A DNA stretch of 64,000 nucleotides from Octopus vulgaris (Eukaryota), in the NCBI GenBank assembly GCA_951406725.2, contig OX597824.1, forward strand, positions 6,572,001-6,636,000. The letters run 5' to 3'. The position numbers and the translations under genes are program-made. Position 1 is the first letter of the stretch, and each line of letters opens with the position of its first letter. The notes beneath the pieces were generated by a model. It was given only the letters and a program-made list of their open reading frames with translations. It did no database searches and had not been told where the DNA came from. Of the stretch, positions 27,676 through 42,732 are shown in pieces.

Positions 27676-28122
27676 ATGTTTCTTTCTCTTTCTATCAAAA
27701 ATCGGCTCTTGCCAGACTCTTGTGATTATGGCATAGTGCGTATCATGGTGATTTTCCGACATCACTACGATTTTATTTACTGGCATTATGTATATTTCCA
27801 AATTCATGTAATTCATGGTTATTCTGAACTCTGATTTTCAAACCACAACACGTTGAAACTCTTTAATCAAATTACAATAAATTATTGCATCATATTTTAG
27901 AAAATTTTATTTTTACTTCTTTCCTTTAAAAAATATTGAAAAATCCTGCGGACATCCCACCTTTTCTTTCACAAATAAATTTTCGATCATTCTTTTCTAT
28001 CGACCAATTTCTTTGTCTTCGAATATGGCTTTCGATCAATTTGTCGTTGGCCAATATGCTATTCACGATAGTATTTCCGAAAAATGTTGCTTCATATACA
28101 AATGTGTATCGGTGTGTAAATA

Positions 28123-28157
<35 letters not shown>

Positions 28158-28159
<2 letters not shown>

Positions 28160-28330
28160 AGGCACATGGCCTAGTGGTTACAGCAGCGAACTTGCAGTCG
28201 AGGGATCGCAGGTTCGAATCTCAGACCGGGCGATGTGTGTGTTTATGAGTGAAACACCTAAGCTCCACGCGGCTCCGGCAGAAGATAATGGCGAACTTCT
28301 GCTGACTCTTTCGCCACAACTCTCTCTCTC
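28158..28330 (+). mobile_element. SINE family C, 5' part
   Basis: tRNA-like head tggcctagtggtta...ggttcgaatc; matches 49872-50045. Confidence 0.85.
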
Positions 28331-28391
28331 TCGCGCGCGCGCTTTCCTCCTGCCTGTATGTATGTGTGTAATATATATATTTATATACATA

Positions 28392-29204
28392 CAGCTTTCC
28401 CCAAAAAAATGTATACATACCTTAAATAATTGTTATGTAAGTATTTATTAACATACATTTCATTTTCAAAATCTAATAGAATCCACAGACGTTATTGTAT
28501 TGTTTTGTCAACGTCTGTTTTCAAACTGGCGTCTGTTCTGGTTCAGGCACTGCTGACAACGCGAGGCAATGGAATCGCAAACGTCACGAAAGAATTCGTT
28601 TCGTATTTGTGTGCATTCTCGTTCAATGGCTGCTCTCAAATCAGCGACTGTTGCAGGATTCAGAGAGTAGACTTTGTCTTTTAGGAATCCCCATAAAAAA
28701 AAATGCTGCACTCTTCGGCATGGATCATCGTCATTAATATCATTGAGTAATCTTGCAATGTAACGTTTCCATTGACAACGCTTCAAAATGTGTTGGACAG
28801 ACGATTTTGGAATACCTACCTAACGACTCGCTTGCCGTACAGATTTTCTTTGACTTTGGTGATTATTTTTCAACACTCCTTCTTGCTTTGTAGGCGTTGT
28901 CGACGTTCGTAGTCTTCCGAAACGCTTCTCATGGACATTCTGAACAGTTCCATCGGCTTCAAACTTATCTCTAATTCGAGTGATAGTAAGTCGAGTTGGT
29001 GGATCTATTTGAAACTCCCTCCTAAACTGTTTTTGCACTTCAACCGCGTATTCACTCTTCCAGTAGAGTTTTAGAATGAATTTCCTTTGTTCAAAGCTTA
29101 GTCTGACTGCCATCATTGATTCCAATGGGTTCCATCTGGAAAGAAAAGGCATCGATTGAGTCATCAGCTGCTAAAGTGTGTATACATTTTGGGGGGACAC
29201 CATT
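28392..29204 (-). mobile_element. Internally deleted Tc1/mariner element (DD41D/rosa-like)
   Basis: TIRs around atgtatac / gtatacat; N-terminal [18 protein letters not shown]...DKFEADGTV; DDDPCRRVQ joined directly to [12 protein letters not shown]...C...FE; catalytic core absent. Confidence 0.85.
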
Positions 29205-29241
<37 letters not shown>

Positions 29242-29246
29242 GTATG

Positions 29247-29299
<53 letters not shown>

Positions 29300-29339
29300 A
29301 TATATGTATATATATATATGTGTGTGTGTATTGTGTATT

Positions 29340-29445
29340 TAGGGAAACCACTAGGTGGATGACCATACGCTAGATCACATACGATGTGATCAATTAAATT
29401 GATATTAATTAAATTAATATTCAATTTATCTCCCTCATTATTTAT
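29340..29445. mobile_element. Remnant related to the 6005-6821 Penelope-like family
   Basis: ccactaggtggatgaccatacgctaga (cf. actaagtggacatccattatgctaga) joined to an inverted aattgatattaattaaattaatattcaattt. Confidence 0.5.
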
Positions 29446-29671
29446 ATATATATATATGTGAGTGTGTGTGTGTATGTATGTATGTACTTGCGTGTGTGTG
29501 TGTGTATACATATACATATGCACATACGTATCGATACACACACACTTACACACAAACACACTCACACGCATACACAAATACATATGTGCATGCATGTGTG
29601 TGTGTGTTTGTGTGTTTGTGCGTGTGTTTGTGTGTGTATGTGTGTCTGTCTGTCTGTCTGAAAGTATTTTT

Positions 29672-29900
29672 AGGCGGTGAGATGGCAGAATCGTTAGCAC
29701 ACCGAGCAAAAGTGCTTAGCGACCATTTCTTCCACCTTTACACTTTAAGTTCAAATTCTGCCGTGGTCCACTTTGCTTATCATTCTTTCATTCTTTCGGG
29801 GTCATAAAATAAGTCCTGGTTGAGCACTGCGGTCGACGTAATCTACTTAATCCCACCCTTGAAATCCCTAGCCTTTTACCAAACTTTGAAGCAAGAATAT
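29672..29900 (+). mobile_element. Old SINE family B copy
   Basis: Diverged head, core and type 2-like tail. Confidence 0.75.
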
Positions 29901-30439
29901 CAATAGATTTTCATATATGGTTGATTACATCTTCCATATATCAACGTATCTATGCGTGGGTGGTTGTGTGGGTGTCCGGATATCAATCGCCATATGTGTC
30001 TGTTTATGAGAAGTGTTGCAAATATTTTCTTGAGGGGTGTTTTTTGTATTATTTTTTCTAATATTTATGTTATTTTTTTCTTTTTATTTGCAAGTCTACG
30101 CACTTTCGCCTTACGTCTGATTTTCATATTTATATATGTGTATATAAGTATAAATACAATTTTTGATACAATTTTTTACATTTATACAGGAATTTATCTC
30201 TTGGGAGCTTATTATACGCCTCTGCGATTCGTATACATACATATATGTTTGTGTGTTTGCGGGTGTGTGGGTGCGAGGGTGTTTTGGTGTATATGTGTAT
30301 GTTTGTGTGCGTGTGTGCTAGTATGTAGTTAAAATATATGGAACCAATCACTCTATGTGTATATTTGTATCTGGCAAGATATATCTGTATGTTTGTGTAT
30401 ACGTAAGCATGTGTGTGTATAAATGCTTATACATATATA

Positions 30440-30474
<35 letters not shown>

Positions 30475-30512
30475 TTGCGTTCTTGTACATTTTGTATTCT
30501 TGTATATTTTGT

Positions 30513-30547
<35 letters not shown>

Positions 30548-31072
30548 TGTAGATATACATATATATATATGTGTGTGTGTGTGTTTTTGTGTGTGGCTGT
30601 TTGTGTGTGGGTGTGTGGGTGTGTGTACATAAATATATATGGATACAGATAGACACCTTCTGTCAGGTGGGTGAAGGTGTATGTGTTTGCTTGAATCTTT
30701 TAATGTATTCGTCTGCGATTTGCATTTCTTCTTTTCACCTTATCTTTAATCATCTTGTTAGCTGTAAGCCTATTAGTTTAAATTATATTTTTCTTTTCAG
30801 CGGTTTCTCAGATAGATATATATATATATATATATATATACATACATATATATATATATATATATACATACATATATATATATACATACATAAAAATATA
30901 TGTATGTATGTACATATATAGATATATACATATATGATATATATATATATGCATATATATATTTATATATATATATATACATACATAAATATATATTTAT
31001 ATGTATATTCATATACATATATTTACGTATATATATGTATGTATGTATGTATATACACACATACACATACAT

Positions 31073-31166
<94 letters not shown>

Positions 31167-31203
31167 GTACATATATATATATATATATATATTTACATAC
31201 AGC

Positions 31204-31273
<70 letters not shown>

Positions 31274-31574
31274 CTTCCGTCTAGTATTCATGGTTATAGC
31301 TATGAAAACAAGTCGATAAATCCATCCCTATACATCTTATAATTTCTATACCTTTTGTACTTTATATAATTCCCTCCTATTGAACATATTGGTATATATT
31401 TCATTTTGTTACTATTAAATGCCACTAAATAAAGAATATTACTTTTGTAACGAAATTTTCGTCTCTTCAACATTCAACTCAATAAGTTGTCATCGGTAAT
31501 TTATTGTATTTTCAACAACAGTTTGAAAAGACTTTACCTCAGACAGCTTTACAGTATCAGTCCGTCTAAAAGTG

Positions 31575-31850
31575 TTTTAGCATGACAACGTGAGACCATA
31601 AGTCGAACGGCGAGTAATCCTATCAAAGACAAGAGATGGGACCAACATGAGCACTCACCATATTCTCCCTTTGATGCTCTTACAGACTATCACGTCAATC
31701 GTTCGCTAAAAAATCAGCAGGCGAGTGAAGTCTACAATGATTTCGACGACCTTGTCACTGACTTCAAAGCGTGGATTGCGTCCGAAAATCGTCACTTATT
31801 TGCCGATGGAATCAACTGTTTGCCAAGCAAATGGGAAGCAGTTACTGAAG
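31575..31850 (+). mobile_element. mariner transposase C-terminal fragment
   Basis: HDNVRP...HSPYSPFDALTDYHVNRSLKN...GINCLPSKWEAV. Confidence 0.8.
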
Positions 31851-31982
31851 TTTTAGAATGAATTTCCTCTGTTCAAAGCTTAGTCTGACTGCCACCATTG
31901 ATTGCAACGGGTTTCATCTGGAAAGAAAAGGCTCGATTGAGTTATCAGCTGCTAAAGTGTGTATACATCTTTGGAGGACGCC

Positions 31983-31986
<4 letters not shown>
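31851..31986 (-). mobile_element. Left end of the 28392-29204 transposon family
   Basis: Close match to 29069-29204 including the TIR. Confidence 0.9.
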
Positions 31987-32040
<54 letters not shown>

Positions 32041-32049
32041 GTGTGCGTA

Positions 32050-32085
<36 letters not shown>

Positions 32086-32099
32086 TGTATGTATGTATG

Positions 32100-32203
<104 letters not shown>

Positions 32204-32462
32204 ATTATTCCACTTCGGAATAATCATTTAAACACATTTTAATCGTAATTTGGTGTTTTAGTTTCGAATAAATTTAGAATATACAAAGTCGTCCTTGATT
32301 TCTCTCACACACACACATAACCACCATCTGTGTATCATACGAAATGTATGTACACCTTTAGGCAACATGATGCTGTGGAATTGTGTGAGATAAAATCTCT
32401 TCATAAACGTTTGTTGAAAACAATATATGACGAATATTGCCACCGTGGTAACTAAGAACTGA

Positions 32463-32510
32463 GACAGACGCGTTTCGGCTTTGTTGCGAATGTGTATACT
32501 GGTCAGTGCA
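32463..32510 (-). ncRNA. Decayed Penelope-type hammerhead motif
   Basis: GCA CUGACCA ... GCC GAAAC GC GUC UGU; palindromic stem III ACGCGU, one core mismatch. Confidence 0.4.
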
Positions 32511-32856
32511 TACGATTGTCACCTGCGTATATCTATATGTGTGTGTATGTGTGTATGTATGTGTGTGTATGTATGTGTGCATGTGTATAGTTCACGCCTA
32601 CACGCAGTCGCACACGTGAGTATGTGAGTATATGTATATACATGCATATATATACATACGTAAATATGTATCTAATAGTGTATGCATAAATATGTGTGTG
32701 TATATGTATGTAAGTGTGTATGTGCATGTATGCATGTATGAATATATATATATATATATACACATACTCAGCAATGTAAATATAGATATACAAATTGTCA
32801 CGCATCTATACACCCCATACAGCTATACACAGGCACACACATCCCCCACAAACACA

Positions 32857-32896
<40 letters not shown>

Positions 32897-32918
32897 CATA
32901 CATACATACATACATACA

Positions 32919-32950
<32 letters not shown>

Positions 32951-32988
32951 CACACATGTATGTATATGTATGTATGTATGTATGTATG

Positions 32989-33020
<32 letters not shown>

Positions 33021-33689
33021 TGTATGTGAAATTGTTTTATCCGTCTAGTATTGTATTCAGTTATTAAAGTTCCCCCGCTTTCCATTATCCAGCCACTCTA
33101 AGCAGCGTCTTCTGTAGAGCGTGCTTTTCCATACGAATGTTTATATTATTGGTTGTATATTAAAAAAATTAACTTCCATTGTCTTCTATTTATTCTGCAT
33201 CACAAGGGCTATTGTTGTCAATATTATCTTCCATCAAGTAATAACTCGCGTTACATAATACCCACCTCATTACTTAATTATCGTTAATTGATAAGTATTT
33301 TCAATTTCATTTTAGTAAAATAGAATTAGAAAATTCTGTTTTTCTCATCCATTATTTTACATGAAATACAAAAGTTTAAAGCTTATTGTTTTAATGTATT
33401 ATTGACACTTTTTGTTCAATTTTGTTTATATTTTGTTTTTGAAATTAAAATTTATAACTCGATTATTCTTTGAATTTAAGCAAAAAGCCAGCAATGTTTA
33501 GATGTTGGTTCAGTCGTTACCATCGATCCAGTATTTGAATGATACTTCTTTAATGACCCCTGAGGGGTGAAATTTAAAGTTGACGTTAGCAGGATTTGAA
33601 TCCGGAATACGAACGTAATGCTATAATTTAATTAGTCGCTTGAGGCGGCGTGTTGGTAAAAAAGTTGAATTTTTTCCATATATATATCA

Positions 33690-33898
33690 ACTCGTGTGTT
33701 CGTGACCGCGTGTGTACCGTTGGCGATTTTTTTCATCCGTCTTCCCTTCTTTGGATCTTTCCTTTTCCTATGTTTCTGACGAAGAGCTCCGCTCGAAACG
33801 TTAAGCACTCCTTCTTTCCTTCTTTCCTGAGCGTCCAATGATACTATACTTGTTCCACGTCCTCGCACTGTTGTGTTTTCATGTTTGGATTAACTTTA
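33690..33898 (+). mobile_element. Short Penelope-like element (family H2), longest copy
   Basis: (TA)n on both sides; homologous to 11086-11238 and 40537-40710. Confidence 0.75.
33772..33806 (+). ncRNA. Minimal type I hammerhead motif
   Basis: GUUU CUGACGA A GAGC-UCC-GCUC GAAAC GUU AAGC. Confidence 0.7.
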
Positions 33899-33906
33899 TA
33901 TATATC

Positions 33907-33982
<76 letters not shown>

Positions 33983-34048
33983 TGTATGTATGTAGATATA
34001 TATATATATATGAATGTATGTATGTAGATATATATATGTATGTATATA

Positions 34049-34084
<36 letters not shown>

Positions 34085-34128
34085 TATATGTATGTGTATG
34101 TATATATATATACATATATATACATACA

Positions 34129-34164
<36 letters not shown>

Positions 34165-34244
34165 TACATACATACATATATATATATCTACATACATACA
34201 TTCATATATATATCTATCTACATACATACATTCATATATATATA

Positions 34245-34277
<33 letters not shown>

Positions 34278-34278
<1 letters not shown>

Positions 34279-34797
34279 GGAGTGGGTGGGTGGCAAATAG
34301 CTTGCTTCCCAACCGCATGGTTCTGGGTTCAGTCGCACTGCGTGGCACCTTGGGGAAATGTCTTCTGCTATAGCCTCGGGCCGACCAAAGCCTTGTGAGT
34401 GGATTTGGTAGACGGAAACTGAAAGAAGCCCGTCGTATATATGTGTGTGTGTTTGTATGTCTGTATTTGTCCCCCCACCATATCTTGACAACCGATGCTG
34501 GTGTGTTTACGTCCCCGTAAATTAGCGGTTCGGCAAAAGTGACCGATAGAATAAGTACTAGGCTTACAAAGAATAAACCCTGGGGTCGATTTTCTAGTTA
34601 AAATGCGGTGCTGCAGCATGGACGCAATCAAATAACTGGAACAAATAAAAGAATAGAAGAATATATATACGGCGGGCTTCTTTCAGTTTCCATCTACCTA
34701 ATCCACTCACAAGGCTTTGTAGATGCCACACAGTAGCACCGAACCCGGAACCATGTGGTTGGGAAGCAAGCTTCTTACCGCACAGCCACGCCTGTGC
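34278..34797. mobile_element. Two family A SINEs in opposite orientation (+ 34278-34655; - 34663-34797)
   Basis: Full plus copy followed by an internally deleted minus-strand 5' half. Confidence 0.85.
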
Positions 34798-34831
34798 CAA
34801 TATAACATTTCTCATCATTTCACATTTTTGA

Positions 34832-35680
34832 AGGCGACGCGGTGGCAGAATGCTAAACGGCATTTCTTCCGGTTCTTTATATTCTGAGTTCGAATAATTC
34901 TTTCATGATTTGAAGGCAGTGAGCTGGCAGATTTGTCGATATGTTGGACGAAAGGTTTTTGTAACATTTTTCCGGCTCTTTACGTTCTGAGATCAAATTC
35001 CGCCGAGGTCGACTTAGCATTTCATTCTTTCGGGGTCAGTAAAAAAAAAAATACCAGTTGAGCATGGGGATCGATGTAATCGACTTAGCCCATCCCTTGA
35101 GATTGCTGGCCTTGTGCAAAAATGTGAAGCCAATCTTAAAGAAGGCGGCGAGCTGGCAGAATCGTTAGCACGCCGCGCGAATTGCTTAGTGGCATTTCGT
35201 CTGCCGTTACGTTCTGAGTTCAAGTTCCACCGAGGTCGACTTTGCCTTTCATCCTTTCGGGGTCGATAAATTAAGTACCAGTTACGCACTGGGGTCGATA
35301 TAATCGACTTAATCCGTTTGTCTGTCCTTGTTTGTCCCCTCTGTGTTTAGCCCCTTGTGGGTAGTAAAGAAATAGGTATTTCGTCTGATTTTACATTCTG
35401 AGTTCAAGTTCCGCCGAGATTGACTTTGGCTTTCATCCTTTCGGGGTCGATAGATTAAGTACCAGTTGCGTACTGGGATCGATCTTATTGACTGGCCCCC
35501 CTCCCCAAAAATTTCGGGCCTTGTGCCTAGAGTAGAAAAAAATCGTTAGCACGCAGGAAAAACTTTTTAGAAACATTTCGTTCGTCTTTACGTTCAGAGT
35601 TCAAATTCCGCCGAGGTCGACTTTGCCTTTCATGTTTTCGAGATCGATAAAATGAGCACCAGTTGACCACTGGGTCGATG
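34832..35680 (+). mobile_element. Head-to-tail cluster of about 5 family B SINEs
   Basis: Repeated head/core at about 34832, 34913, 35143, 35375 and 35541. Confidence 0.9.
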
Positions 35681-36310
35681 GAATATTACATCTAGAATAT
35701 TACAAACCAATATTACAGTCAAAATAAAATGGTGAAAAAAGGAAAAGATCATTACAATGTGTGTATGAACTGTTGGTGCGAGTGGGGGAATGTGCGTCGA
35801 AGAGTCAAATGTGGGTGACTAGATTTTATAAGACAGCCAGAGAAACAAAACAGAGAGCGGATGTGTTTTTAGACAGGTAGAAGTTATTTCAACGAGGTTA
35901 AAGTAAAAAGCTAACCGCTAGACAAATGGCAAAGAATATGATGGCTTTGCCATAGCTACCGGTGCGAGAGAGAAAGATGTGTCTAGTCTCGATTTAATGT
36001 AGCATGGAAATAAAAATATTTTCACTTTTTTGATCTCAAGAAAATTCCTCAAACGCAGTTGCTGATTGGCTAAAGTCCTACTCATGACGATGGAGAATCT
36101 AAGATGAAGATGTGTTGTTTAACTAGCTCCACGAGATGTCTCACAGGATATTCACTTCATACTGGCTTATACAAAGCACTTGGCTATAGCGAAACTAAAG
36201 TGTCGTCTGCTTTCGACTTATTTTATCCAAAATATCTTTAACCTAATATTTATACGCTATTATTTAGAGGTTTGGCTGCTTTGGGTTTCAATATTTCCAA
36301 AAGGTATTAG

Positions 36311-36355
<45 letters not shown>

Positions 36356-36429
36356 CACACTCTTTTACTCTTTTACTTGTTTCAGTCATTTGACTGTGGC
36401 CATGCTGGAGCACCGCCTCTAGTCGAGCA

Positions 36430-36463
<34 letters not shown>

Positions 36464-36733
36464 TTTCTTTCTGTATTAAATCTACCATTGGTTTCATGTT
36501 AAGAAAACATTTAAATACCTTAACAATTTTTTAAGCCGATCACATGGAGAAATGGTGTTCGTCTCCATTTTGGATTTAATCCCCAAAAATTATTAAGATA
36601 TTTTCTTAACATGTATTCAATATGGTAACCTTAATAAACAAATAAAGTGTGTATGTGTGTGCGTGCGTGCGTGCGTGCGTCTGTGCGTATGCCTGAGTGT
36701 GTGTATGTGTGTGTGTTTGTGTGTGTGTGTGTA

Positions 36734-37290
36734 CAGAGTACGGTGACTGAATTGTCGTCTAAATTAAGCAAAAATGAAAATAATACTGACATCACATTTT
36801 AACAGAAATATTTACTAAAATTGCATTAAAATATTTTGAAATACCAAAGAATACATTTTTTCAATAAAATCGCCATTGGCAACAACCACGGCCCCCAAAT
36901 GACTTCAGAATCTCTCTCCTGCAGCTCATCTGGACGTTCTCCTTGTTGGTGAATGCTGCCATAATCTTTGGTGTTACAAGGAGTTTTGTTGATCGCTCGC
37001 TCAACTGCGCTCCACACATAATAATCAAGGGGGTTGCAGTCTGGGGAGTTAGATGGCCAGATGTTAGGGGTTATGTGGTCGTAGAAATTGTCTGACAACC
37101 ATGACTGGATTCTCCTGCTTGTGTGGCATGGTGCAGAGTCCTGTTGCCAGACATAGGGTCTTCCATTAACCACCCTCTTCACCCACGGCAGCACTACCTC
37201 CTCCAGGCACTTGATGTAGGCCTCCGAGTTGAGTCTGAGGCCGTGTGGGGAAAATGAAGGCAAAACGTCGCAATCACTAGTAATTACCCT
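36734..37290 (-). mobile_element. DD37D (maT-type) transposon 3' fragment
   Basis: WQQDSAPCH...WPSNSPDCNPLDYYVW with 37 residues between the two Asp; TA|CAG terminus at 36732-36736. Confidence 0.9.
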
Positions 37291-37774
37291 GCATATGTAT
37301 ACATGTATGCCTCTATGTATGTATGCGCGTGTGTGTGTGTGTGTGTATTACAAACAAGAAAGTAAATTTCGAACGCTGTATAGCTATGAAAACTGCACAA
37401 AAAGTCTTGGCATTTACCCTTAGAAGACGGACGAAGTGTCGCCAGCGGGTGGCTACGGTGAGTAAATGCACAATCTGTTTCAGCTGCTTTCCCTGCTACA
37501 CTGCGTTCGAAATTCACTTTCTTCTCTTTAGAATATCAATACACTCAGCGCTTCCAAAGTTTGATTATCTTATTGATAAAGTGGTCTGACATTCGAAAAG
37601 CTATTATTTAGCATTAAAATTGAGAGCAATTGTCGTCAGGAGCTGTCCTAGCTTAATGGCTTAGAATACTCACCTTTTTTCTTTTTTTTTCTGTCTTCTA
37701 AGGGTAAATACCCTTCGTTTCTCTGCTGTCCTCACAGCTATACAGCATTCGAAATTTTTACTTTCGCTCTCTCT

Positions 37775-39441
<1,667 letters not shown>

Positions 39442-39651
39442 TCATGTACCTATACACTGATATACAGATGTGTGTGTGTGTGCACATACATTTATAACGT
39501 AAATACCTACACACATATACATAGATTGATAATTAGTTTGATATATAGATAAATGTAAGATCATAGGTTAGCTCCGGCTTGAATGGCAGAAAAGTGTTCA
39601 ACTCACAATCAGAATTATTAGGGTGATAGTCAGAAAAGTAAAAATGGGCAA

Positions 39652-39687
39652 CTGTGACGTTTCGGATATTTTCCTTTACTCAGAACA
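39652..39687 (-). ncRNA. Decayed hammerhead motif
   Basis: UGUU CUGAGUA AA GGA-AAAUA-UCC GAAAC GUC ACAG. Confidence 0.35.
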
Positions 39688-39791
39688 TAGATGTAGAGCG
39701 AAAAGAGGGGAAAATAAGACGGTAAAATAGAAGTCAATTGGAAGAAAGCGATAAAGCCCATGTGAATTGGTTCGCTTACATTGTAACTATG

Positions 39792-40016
39792 TGAGCTGGC
39801 AGAAACGTTAGCACGCCGGGCGAAATGCGTAGCCGTATTTCGTCCGCCGTTACGTTCTGAGTTCAAATTCCGCCGAGGTCGACTTTGCCTTTCATCCTTT
39901 CGGGGTCGATAAATAAAGTGCCAGTTATGCACTGGGGTCGATGTAATCGACTTAATCCGTTTGTCTGTCCTTGTTTGTCCCGTCTATGTTTAGCCCTTTG
40001 TGGGCAGTAAAGAAAT
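39792..40016 (+). mobile_element. SINE family B, tail 1
   Basis: Matches the other family B copies. Confidence 0.9.
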
Positions 40017-40536
40017 ATATATATGTTTATCGGTGGGGGTGAATGTGTGTGTAATTTCGGAGAATGCAGACGACTTCAAATACCTTTGCTTTTCGTTCTT
40101 TTTTCTATCACATTCTTCCTTAGATTAAACTTTCCTACGTTGTGAATGTCTGCGTTTCTGTAGACTCGGAAGATGAACAGTTATTTAGAAATTATGCCAC
40201 ACACCTCTTTCTTCTCTTCGGTTTTGCTTTGTTTTTTTTGTCTTTTGCTTCTTCTGCTGTGCATGTATATTCTAAGGATAAGCATCTATTTACAAACCTC
40301 CGTTCTTGTTCATGCGTCATTCTCCTGACCTTGGCCCCCCGTTTGTGTTGGTGTGTGGGCGTGTACGTTGGAAACCAAGTTAAATATGAAGTCCTATTTT
40401 CTTTCCATTTAACAACTCACACAGTCACAGAATTGTTTCCTGCACAAGTAACTGGTCACACACTAGAAGGATTCCAATGTAACAGACGATTTCTTCAGCT
40501 CAGTCTTCTCATATACATAATATGATATATATATAT

Positions 40537-40710
40537 AAAGTTAATCCAAACATGAAAACACAACAACGCGAGGACGTGGAACAGTTATAGTGTTATTGGA
40601 CGCTCAGAAAAGGAAAGAAAGAAGGAGGATTTAACGTTTCGAGCGAAGCTCTTCGTCAGAAACATAGGAAAAGGAAAGATCCAAGGAAGGTAAGACGGAG
40701 GAAAAAAATA
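40537..40710 (-). mobile_element. Short Penelope-like element (family H2) with hammerhead at 40629-40663
   Basis: GUUU CUGACGA A GAGC-UUC-GCUC GAAAC GUU AAAU; 3' end abuts (TA)n. Confidence 0.75.
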
Positions 40711-41075
40711 TTTGTTTCAGTCATTTGACTGCGGCCATGCTGGAGCACCGCCTTTAGTCTCGAGCAAATCTACCCTGGGACTTATTCTTTATAAGCCTAG
40801 TACTTATTCTATCGGTCTCTTTTCCAAAACCGCTAGTTTACGGGGACGTAAACACACCACCATCGGTTGTACAGCCAAGTTGGAGGGGACAAACACACAC
40901 ACATATATATATATACGACGGTTTTCTTTCAGTTTCCGTCTACCAAATCCACTCACAAGGCTTTGGTCGGCCTGAGACTATAGTAGAAGACACTTGCTCA
41001 AGGTGGCCACGTAGTGGGACTGAACCCGGGACCATGTGATTGGTAAGCAAGCGCCTCCTGCACCTACACACAGCC
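40711..41075 (-). mobile_element. SINE family A
   Basis: Reverse complement of the family A sequence. Confidence 0.9.
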
Positions 41076-42331
41076 ACCATATATATATATCAAAAACATT
41101 CTTTTTTAACATCTAGAACTAACTAGCTGAATCCCTCCTATTTTTTAACACGGTAGGAGGTGACTGACATACATTTGACCAATAATTATTAGCGTATCGA
41201 GAGACAAGGTTGAGGCTCCCAGATTGATTCTATTATCGAGTGTTTTGTTACTTGTAGAACAGGGTAAAAGCTATTCTAAGAGATTCGAATGAAGCAATGG
41301 CGAGATCTCTCTTGTGGTTCTTCTCACATGATTATGAAATCAACGAGAAAGGCAAACATTTAGTTTCCACACGTTACTGTCAACTATGCAATTCTGTTGA
41401 TCCCACGGGGGAATTTCAACATGGTTGTACTATCTACTAAAAATAAATTGATAGACAGAGGACCCCTCAAGCCCCACCCTACAAATGTTAATAAAAGACG
41501 CATTGTGTAAGGTGGTGTGATGTGTATAAAGCCTAAAATAAACAGGATGTGTTACGACTGAAATGCCTTTGATCACAGATCTACTTGATCCGAGCTGATT
41601 TGGGAATAACAAGAACACTGAAGAAGTATAAACAAGGTTACTGTTTTGAAATGAAATATGTCAAATGTATATATGTGCAATGGTTTGAATATAATATGAG
41701 CTACAATGTGTATGTGTCATTGTGTTTCCTCTTAACTCGACTGTGAGATGAAAAGCACGACGATAGTCAAAGCAGCAGACACGAATTGCTGAATAAAATC
41801 TTTTGGGAGTATTTCAGCGATTCCTTTGACTTTCCGACGAATACATGTGCGATGGCTTCACAATTGTTATTACTGTAAAAGCCACAGCTGCTATTTCCTA
41901 TTATTATAGCTATTACCGTTCTTACAACCGATGCACAGGAGTGAAAAGCATTCTTTGAGAGAAGCCGCATAGAACAAGATGTAGCGTTATCATGGAAATT
42001 CTTCTTCTCTTCCATGTTGCAGGCAGACGGTTATCTTGTATTGATAGAAATTGTGAAGCAACAAGTATAAGGAAATATAAATAAAACCGACGAACACTTG
42101 CAGCTAGCTATAGAGATGAAATAAAGAATAAATTTATCCCGACAAAAATTATCTGATATTTCGCCATCTGATGTACAAGCTCCAGTCAAAGTGGTTACAT
42201 CTATACAACACTTTCGAAAAGTTTTAAGCAAAATCAGTCACTAAGACGACAAAAGATAGAGAATTGTTATTAATGAACTATATTCCAACAAACATCTACA
42301 GACATAACATGTTATGTAATGTCTTAATAGA

Positions 42332-42732
42332 GGCGGCGAGCTGGCAGAAACGTTAGCACGCCGGACGAAATGCATAGCCGTATTTCGTCTGCCGTTACAT
42401 TCTGAGTTCAAATTCCGCTGAGGTCGACTTTGCCTTTCATCCTTTCGGGGTCGATTAAATAAGTACCAGTTACGCACTGGAGATCGATGTAATCGACTTA
42501 ATCCATTTGTCTGTCCTTGTTTGTCCCCTCTGTGTTTAGCCCCTTGTGGGTAGTAAAGAAATAGGTATTTCGTCTACCGTTACGTTCTGAGTTCAAATTC
42601 CGCCGAGGTTAACTTTGCCTTTCATCTTTTCGGTGTTGATGAAATAAGTACCAACCAAGTACTGGGGTCGATGCAATCGACTACCCCCTATCCCCACAAA
42701 TTTCAGGCTATTTCTCTATTGTAGAAAGGATT
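42332..42732 (+). mobile_element. SINE family B dimer (tail 1 + tail 2)
   Basis: Restarts at ggtatttcgtct (~42564). Confidence 0.9.

Noticed and set aside
41767-42240. Possible decayed coding sequence or exon
   Set aside because: Stops in the plus frames examined and no recognisable motif in the minus-strand ORFs.
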